Source: the human T2T-CHM13v2.0 reference genome, Homo sapiens
Length of the DNA stretch: 64,000 nucleotides
Assembly (NCBI RefSeq): GCF_009914755.1
Contig: NC_060948.1
Strand: one strand, 5' to 3'
Positions 55,701 to 64,000 of the stretch are shown in pieces. The notes beneath the pieces were generated by a model, which was not told where the DNA came from, ran no database searches, and worked only from the letters and a program-made list of their open reading frames with translations. The translations under genes and the position numbers were made by a program. Each line of letters opens with the position of its first letter. Positions within the stretch are counted from its first letter, which is position 1.

Positions 55701-58700
55701 ACTAATGCAATAAAATCGACTCAAATAGAGTAGAATGTAATGGAATGGAGTGCAGTGCAATGGAATGGAATGGAATGGAATGCAATGGAATGGAATGGAA
55801 TGGAATGGAATGGGATGGAATGGTGTGGAATGGATAATAATGGACTGGTGTGAAATGGACTGGAAAGGAATGGACTCAAATTGAAAGGGCTCGAAAGGAA
55901 TGGAGTCAAATGGAATGGTCTGGAATGGAATGAACACGAATGTAATGCAATCCAATAGAATGGAATCGAATGGCATGGAATATAAAGAAATGGAATCGAA
56001 GAGAATGGAAACAAATGGAATGGAATTGAATGGAATGGAATTGAATGGAATGGGAAGGAATGGAGTGAAATTGTATGCAGTAGAAGAGAATAGAATGGAA
56101 TGCAAGTGAAAGGAAAGGAATGGATTGGAATGGAATGGAATTCATTGGAATGGAAGGGAATGTAGTGTAATGGACAGGCCTGGAATAAAGTGGAATGCTA
56201 CGGTCTCGAATGGAATAAAAATGTATGGAATGGAATGCAATGAAACGGAATCGAATGTCATAGAATGTAATGGAATGCAACAAAATGGAATCCAAAATCA
56301 TTGACTGGAAAGGCTGGGTGTCGAAAGGAATTGACTCCAATGGAATGGAATCGAATGGAATGGAAGTGAATAGAATCGAACTAAATCGAATGGAATGGAA
56401 TTGATAGGAACGGAATGGAAAGGAATGCAATGATTTGGCATGGAATGGAATCGAATGGCATCGAATGGAATGGAATGGAATGCAATGGAATGGAATGTAT
56501 TAGAATGTAATGAACTTTAATGGAATGTACTCGAATGGATTCGACTGGAATGGAATGTTCTGGAAGTGAATGGACTCCAATGGAATGGATTCAAAAGGAA
56601 TGGAATCGTACGGAATGGAATCTAATGGAATGGAATTAAATGGAAATGAATCAAATTGAATAGCACGGAATTGAATTGAATGGAATGGAATGCAATGGAA
56701 TCTAATGAAACGGAAAGGAAAGGAATGGAATGGAATGGAATGGGCTGGAATGGAAAGGAATCGAAACGAATGGAATGGAATCGAACTGAAGAGACTGGAA
56801 TGGAATGCACTGGAATGGAAGGGAGTGTAATGGAAGGTTCTCGAAAAAAATGGAATCGAATGGAATGGAATTGAATGGAACGGAATAGAGTCGAATGGAA
56901 TTGAATGGAATGGAATGGACTAGAGTGAAATGGAATCGAACCACAAGGAATGGACAGGAATAGAATGGTCTCGAATTGAATGGAATCGTATGGAATGGCA
57001 TTAAACGGAATGGAATGGACAGCCACGGAATGGAATGCACTCGAATGCAATGGAGTCGAAACTAATGGACTGGAATAGAATGGACTCGACTGGTACGGAC
57101 TCCAATGGAATGGAATCGAATGGAAGGGAATCGAACGGAATGGACTCGAAGGGAAAAGACTGCAATGGAAAGGTCTCGAATGGAATGGAAATTAATGGAA
57201 TGGAATGGAATCGAATGAAATGGAGTCAAAAGGAATGGAATCGAATGGCAAGAAATCGAATGTAATGGAATCGCAAGGAATTGATGTGAACGGAACGGAA
57301 TGGAATGGAATCCAAAGGAATGGAATAGAATGGAATGGAATCGAATGGAAAGGACTCGAATGGAAATCACTCGAATAGAATGCAATTTAATAAAATAGGA
57401 TCAAATGTAATGGAATGGAATGGAAAGGAATCGAAACGAAAGGAATGGAGACAGATGGAATGGAATGGAACAGAGAGCAATGGTATAGAAAGGAATGGAA
57501 TCATCTGGAATGGAATTGAATGGAATGGAATAATATGAAATGGAATGGAATGGAATGGAATGGAATGCCCTTGAATTAAATGGACTGGAATGGAATGGAC
57601 TCGAACAGAGTGGAATGGAAAGTGTTGAGATAGAATGGAATGGACTCCTTTGGAATGGTCTAGTATGCAATGCAATCGACTGGTAGGGAATCAAAAGGAA
57701 TGTAATCGAATGGATTGGACTGGAATGCAATGGACTCGAATAGATTGGAAACGGAATGCAAAGGAATGGAATGGAATAGTATGGAATGGAATGGAAAGGA
57801 ATGGAGTGGAATAGACTAGAGTGGAATGGAATGGACTGGAAATCAATGGACTGGAATGGAACTTTCTTGAATGGACTGGAATCAAACGGAATGGAATGCA
57901 ATGCAATCAAATGGCATGGAATAAAATAGAATGAAAGAGAATCAAATGGAATTGAATCGAATGGAATCGAATGGATTGGAAAGGAATAGAATGGAATGGA
58001 ATGGAATTGACTCAAATGGAATGGACTAGAATGGAATGGATTCGAATGGAAGGCAAAGGAATGGAATCTATTGGAATGGACTGTAATGGAATGGAATGGA
58101 AGGGATTGGAATGGACTCGAATGGAATGAACTGCAATAGAAAGGATTCGAATGGAATGAAAAAGAATTGAATGGAATAGAACAGAATGGAATGAAATCGA
58201 ATGAAATGGAATGGAATAGAAAGGAATGGAATGAAATGGAATGGAAAGGATTCGAATGGAATGCAATCGAATGGAATGGAATCGAACGGAATGGAATAAA
58301 ATGGAAGAAAACTGGCAAGAAATGGAATCGAAATGAATGGAGTGTTATGGAACGGACTCAAAAGGAATTGAATGTAATAGAATGGAGTGGAGTGGACTCG
58401 AATATAATGGACTGGAATGGAATGAAATCACATGGAATGGGAACGAATGGAATGGAATGGAAAGGAATGGAATCGAATGGAAAGGAATCGAATGGAAGGG
58501 AATGAAATTGAATCAACAGGAATGGAAGGGAATAGAATAGACGGTAATGGAATGGACTCGAATAGAATGGACACGAATGCTCAAATTGAATGGACTCGAA
58601 TGGAATGGAAACGAAAGGAATGTCATCGAATGGAATTGAATCGATTGGAATGAAATCGCATAGAATGGAGTGGAATCAAATGGAATTGAATCGAAAGGAA

Positions 58701-60362
58701 AGGAAGCGAATGGACTGAAATGAAATGGAATGGAATTGAATGGAAAGTAATGCAATGGAATAGAATGGAACGAAATTTCACGGAATGGAATCAAACTGAA
58801 TGGAATCAAATCAATGGAATCTAATCAAATGGAATGGAAAGGAATTGAATGGAGTAGATTGGATTGGATGGGATTGGAATGAAATGTACTGGAAAGGACT
58901 CGAATTTCATGAAACGGAATGGAATGAATTGGAACGGAACGGACTCGAATGGAATGGAATGTCATGGAATGGCATCAAATGGAATGGCATCAAATGGAAT
59001 GGAATCGAATGCAATGGAATGCTATGGAATGGAATGGAATGCATTGGAATGGAATGTCCTCTAATGGAATGGATTCGAGTGGAATGGAATCGAATATAAT
59101 GGAGTCGAATGAAATGGAATTGAAAAGAATGGGATCGAATACAATGGAATATACTGGAATGTAATGTAATGAACTCGAATGTAATTGACTGGAATGGAAT
59201 GTACATGAATGGAATGTAATCGAATGGAAAGTAATCCAATGGAATAGAAACTAATGCAATAAAATCGACTCAAATAGAGTAGAATGTAATGGAATGGAGT
59301 GCAGTGCAATGGAATGGAATGGAATGGAATGCAATGGAATGGAATGGAATGGAATGGAATGGGATGGAATGGTGTGGAATGGATAATAATGGACTGGTGT
59401 GAAATGGACTGGAAAGGAATGGACTCAAATTGAAAGGGCTCGAAAGGAATGGAGTCAAATGGAATGGTCTGGAATGGAATGAACACGAATGTAATGCAAT
59501 CCAATAGAATGGAATCGAATGGCATGGAATATAAAGAAATGGAATCGAAGAGAATGGAAACAAATGGAATGGAATTGAATGGAATGGAATTGAATGGAAT
59601 GGGAAGGAATGGAGTGAAATTGTATGCAGTAGAAGAGAATAGAATGGAATGCAAGTGAAAGGAAAGGAATGGATTGGAATGGAATGGAATTCATTGGAAT
59701 GGAAGGGAATGTAGTGTAATGGACAGGCCTGGAATAAAGTGGAATGCTACGGTCTCGAATGGAATAAAAATGTATGGAATGGAATGCAATGAAACGGAAT
59801 CGAATGTCATAGAATGTAATGGAATGCAACAAAATGGAATCCAAAATCATTGACTGGAAAGGCTGGGTGTCGAAAGGAATTGACTCCAATGGAATGGAAT
59901 CGAATGGAATGGAAGTGAATAGAATCGAACTAAATCGAATGGAATGGAATTGATAGGAACGGAATGGAAAGGAATGCAATGATTTGGCATGGAATGGAAT
60001 CGAATGGCATCGAATGGAATGGAATGGAATGCAATGGAATGGAATGTATTAGAATGTAATGAACTTTAATGGAATGTACTCGAATGGATTCGACTGGAAT
60101 GGAATGTTCTGGAAGTGAATGGACTCCAATGGAATGGATTCAAAAGGAATGGAATCGTACGGAATGGAATCTAATGGAATGGAATTAAATGGAAATGAAT
60201 CAAATTGAATAGCACGGAATTGAATTGAATGGAATGGAATGCAATGGAATCTAATGAAACGGAAAGGAAAGGAATGGAATGGAATGGAATGGGCTGGAAT
60301 GGAAAGGAATCGAAACGAATGGAATGGAATCGAACTGAAGAGACTGGAATGGAATGCACTGG
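49721..60362 (+). repeat. DYZ1 units 15-17 (3549, 3544, 3549 bp), near-identical tandem triplet
   Basis: Anchors 49721, 53270, 56814, 60363. StuI at 52632, 56176, 59725. Shared private SNVs. Confidence 0.9.
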
Positions 60363-63300
60363 AATGGAAGGGAGTGTAATGGAAGGTTCTCGAAAAAAAT
60401 GGAATCGAATGGAATGGAATTGAATGGAACGGAATAGAGTCGAATGGAATTGAATGGAATGGAATGGACTAGAGTGAAATGGAATCGAACCACAAGGAAT
60501 GGACAGGAATAGAATGGTCTCGAATTGAATGGAATCGTATGGAATGGCATTAAACGGAATGGAATGGACAGCCACGGAATGGAATGCACTCGAATGCAAT
60601 GGAGTCGAAACTAATGGACTGGAATAGAATGGACTCGACTGGTACGGACTCCAATGGAATGGAATCGAATGGAAGGGAATCGAACGGAATGGACTCGAAG
60701 GGAAAAGACTGCAATGGAAAGGTCTCGAATGGAATGGAAATTAATGGAATGGAATGGAATCGAATGAAATGGAGTCAAAAGGAATGGAATCGAATGGCAA
60801 GAAATCGAATGTAATGGAATCGCAAGGAATTGATGTGAACGGAACGGAATGGAATGGAATCCAAAGGAATGGAATAGAATGGAATGGAATCGAATGGAAA
60901 GGACTCGAATGGAAATCACTCGAATAGAATGCAATTTAATAAAATAGGATCAAATGTAATGGAATGGAATGGAAAGGAATCGAAACGAAAGGAATGGAGA
61001 CAGATGGAATGGAATGGAACAGAGAGCAATGGTATAGAAAGGAATGGAATCATCTGGAATGGAATTGAATGGAATGGAATAATATGAAATGGAATGGAAT
61101 GGAATGGAATGGAATGCCCTTGAATTAAATGGACTGGAATGGAATGGACTCGAACAGAGTGGAATGGAAAGTGTTGAGATAGAATGGAATGGACTCCTTT
61201 GGAATGGTCTAGTATGCAATGCAATCGACTGGTAGGGAATCAAATGGAATGTAATCGAATGGATTGGACTGGAATGCAATGGACTCGAATAGATTGGAAA
61301 CGGAATGCAAAGGAATGGAATGGATTAGTATGGAATGGAATGGAAAGGAATGGAGTGGAATAGACTAGAGTGGAATGGAATGGACTGGAAAGCAATGGAC
61401 TAGAATGGAACTTTCTTGAATGGACTGGAATCAAACGGAATGGAATGCAATGCAATCAAATGGCATGGAATAAAATAAAATGAAAGAGAATCAAATGGAA
61501 TTGAATCGAATGGAATCGAATGGATTGGAAAGGAATAGAATGGAATGGAATGGAATTGACTCAAATGGAATGGACTAGAATGGAATGGATTCGAATGGAA
61601 GGCAAAGGAATGGAATCTATTGGAATGGACTGTAATGGAATGGAATGGAAGGGATTGGAATGGACTCGAATGGAATGGACTGCAATAGAAAGGATTCGAA
61701 TGGAATGAAAAAGAATTGAATGGAATAGAACAGAATGGAATCAAATCGAATGAAATGGAATGGAATAGAAAGGAATGGAATGAAATGGAATGGAAAGGAT
61801 TCGAATGGAATGCAATCGAATGGAATGGAATCGAACGGAATGGAATAAAATGGAAGAAAACTGGCAAGAAATGGAATCGAAATGAATGGAGTGTTATGGA
61901 ACGGACTCAAAAGGAATTGAATGTAATAGAATGGAGTGGAGTGGACTCGAATATAATGGACTGGAATGGAATGAAATCACATGGAATGGGAACGAATGGA
62001 ATGGAATGGAAAGGAATGGAATCGAATGGAAAGGAATCGAATGGAAGGGAATGAAATTGAATCAACAGGAATGGAAGGGAATAGAATAGACGGTAATGGA
62101 ATGGACTCGAATAGAATGGACACGAATGCTCAAATTGAATGGACTCGAATGGAATGGAAACGAAAGGAATGTCATCGAATGGAATTGAATCGATTGGAAT
62201 GAAATCGCATAGAATGGAGTGGAATCAAATGGAATTGAATCGAAAGGAAAGGAAGCGAATGGACTGAAATGAAATGGAATGGAATTGAATGGAAAGTAAT
62301 GCAATGGAATAGAATGGAACGAAATTTCACGGAATGGAATCAAACTGAATGGAATCAAATCAATGGAATCTAATCAAATGGAATGGAAAGGAATTGAATG
62401 GAGTAGATTGGATTGGATGGGATTGGAATGAAATGTACTGGAAAGGACTCGAATTTCATGAAACGGAATGGAATGAATTGGAACGGAATGGACTCGAATG
62501 TAATGGAATGTCATGGAATGGCATCAAATGGAATGGCATCAAATGGAATGGAATCGAATGCAATGGAATGCTATGGAATGGAATGGAATGCATTGGAATG
62601 GAATGTCCTCTAATGGAATGGATTCGAGTGGAATGGAATCGAATATAATGGAGTCGAATGAAATGGAATTGAAAGGAATGGGATCGAATAGAATGGAATA
62701 TACTGAAATGTAATGTAATGAACTCGAATGTAATTGACTGGAATGGAATGTACATGAATGGAATGTAATCGAATGGAAAGTAATCCAATGGAATAGAATC
62801 TAATGCAATAAAACCGACTCAGATAGAGTAGAATGTAATGGAATGGAGTGCAGTGCAATGGAATGGAATGGAATTGAATGCAATGGAATGGAATGGAATG
62901 GAATGGAATGGAATGGAATGGAATGGAATGGAATGGAATGGGATGGAATGGTATGGAATGGATAGTAATGGACTGGAGTGAAATGGACTGGAAAGGAATG
63001 GACTCAAATTGAAAGGGCTCGAAAGGAATGGAGTCAAATGGAATGGTCTGGAATGGAATGAACACGAATGTAATGCAATCCAATAAAATGGAAACGAATG
63101 GCATGGAATATAAAGAAATGGAATCGAAGAGAATGGAAACAAATGGAATGGAATTGAATGGAATGGAATTGAATGGAATGGGAACGAATGGAGTGAAATT
63201 GTATGCAGTAGAAGGGAATAGAATGGAATGCAAGCGAAAGGAAAGGAATGGATTGGAATGGAATGGAATTCATTGGAATGGAAGGGAATGTAGTGTAATG

Positions 63301-64000
63301 GACAGGCCTGGAATAAAGTGGAATGCTACGGTCTCGAATGGAATAAAAATGTATGGAATGGAATGCAATGAAACGGAATCGAATGTCATAGAATGTAATG
63401 GAATGCAACAAAATGGAATCCAAAATCATTGACTGGAAAGGCTGGGTGTCGAAAGGAATTGACTCCAATGGAATGGAATCGAATGGAATGGAAGTGAATA
63501 GAATCGAACTAAATCGAATGGAATGGAATTGATAGGAACGGAATGGAAAGGAATGCAATGATTTGGCATGGAATGGAATCGAATGGCATCGAATGGAATG
63601 GAATGGAATGCAATGGAATGGAATGTATTAGAATGTAATGAACTTTAATGGAATGTACTCGAATGGATTCGACTGGAATGGAATGTTCTGGAAGTGAATG
63701 GACTCCAATGGAATGGATTCAAAAGGAATGGAATCGTACGGAATGGAATCTAATGGAATGGAATTAAATGGAAATGAATCAAATTGAATAGCACGGAATT
63801 GAATTGAATGGAATGGAATGCAATGGAATCTAATGAAACGGAAAGGAAAGGAATGGAATGGAATGGAATGGGCTGGAATGGAAAGGAATCGAAACGAATG
63901 GAATGGAATCGAACTGAAGAGACTGGAATGGAATGCACTGGAATGGAAGGGAGTGTAATGGAAGGTTCTCGAAAAAAATGGAATCGAATGGAATGGAATT
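60363..64000 (+). repeat. DYZ1 unit 18 (3579 bp) plus first 59 bp of unit 19
   Basis: Anchors 60363 and 63942; StuI at 63304. Confidence 0.9.

Larger units (their letters stand above)
1..64000 (+). repeat. DYZ1: Human satellite III (HSat3) tandem array, DYZ1-type (Yq12 heterochromatin), about 18 units of ~3.55 kb
   Basis: Seen: GGAAT pentamers and 1-2 mismatch variants (CGAAT, GGACT, GCAAT, TGAAT) throughout. Landmarks GACAGGCCTGG, GGCTGGGTGTCGAAAGG and CGAACCACAAGG recur every 3524-3579 bp. Known: DYZ1 is a ~3.56-kb HSat3 unit released by HaeIII/EcoRI. The HSat3 call is secure; the Y/DYZ1 assignment rests on unit size and site pattern, not a database search. Confidence 0.95.

Noticed and set aside
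24858-60362. Regular 5-unit (~17.8 kb) higher-order repeat
   Set aside because: Only the unit 7-9 and unit 12-14 region matches at that offset; other pairs five apart lack shared private variants.
117-63938. Hundreds of ORFs (MEWNG- and FHSIP-rich), recurring in every unit
   Set aside because: They are direct translations of (GGAAT)n/(ATTCC)n, which has no stop codon in the pure repeat. They overlap in all frames, show no recognisable domain, and are opened or closed at random by 5-bp indels.
1-64000. CRISPR-like or other prokaryotic repeat-spacer system
   Set aside because: There are no constant repeats separated by unique spacers and no cas or other genes. Everything is degenerate pentamer at a 3.55-kb period.
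1-64000. HSat2, alpha satellite, DYZ2/HSat1B, Alu/L1 insertions or inversions
   Set aside because: CATTCGATTC-dominated HSat2 structure, 171-bp monomers, AT-rich Alu-containing blocks and strand switches were not seen. Anchor spacings leave no room for an insertion.

Overview
The whole 64 kb window is one uninterrupted, single-orientation tandem array of human satellite III, (GGAAT)n on + and (ATTCC)n on -. It contains 18 complete units of about 3.55 kb plus a 59-bp start of a 19th. Unit starts (anchor AATGGAAGGGAGTG) are 1, 3569, 7133, 10672, 14211, 17765, 21309, 24858, 28382, 31946, 35520, 39079, 42628, 46162, 49721, 53270, 56814, 60363 and 63942, giving lengths of 3524-3579 bp. The unit size (two units are exactly 3564 bp) and one HaeIII/StuI site plus usually one EcoRI site per unit match DYZ1, the Yq12 heterochromatin satellite of the human Y chromosome. 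I see no protein-coding gene, RNA gene, transposon, CRISPR array or DYZ2 block; all ORFs are artefacts of the 5-bp period. I found no new gene-level system. The notable features are internal: three perfect heat-shock elements (GAAnnTTCnnGAA) per unit, some lost in specific variant units; local tandem amplifications (units 3-4, 10-12, 15-18); a 5-unit-offset duplicate (units 8 and 13) containing a short conversion-like patch; shared 15-bp deletions; three GG>TT doublets; a hypervariable pentamer tract; and one frame-breaking unit. All comparisons were made by eye and need an alignment to confirm.
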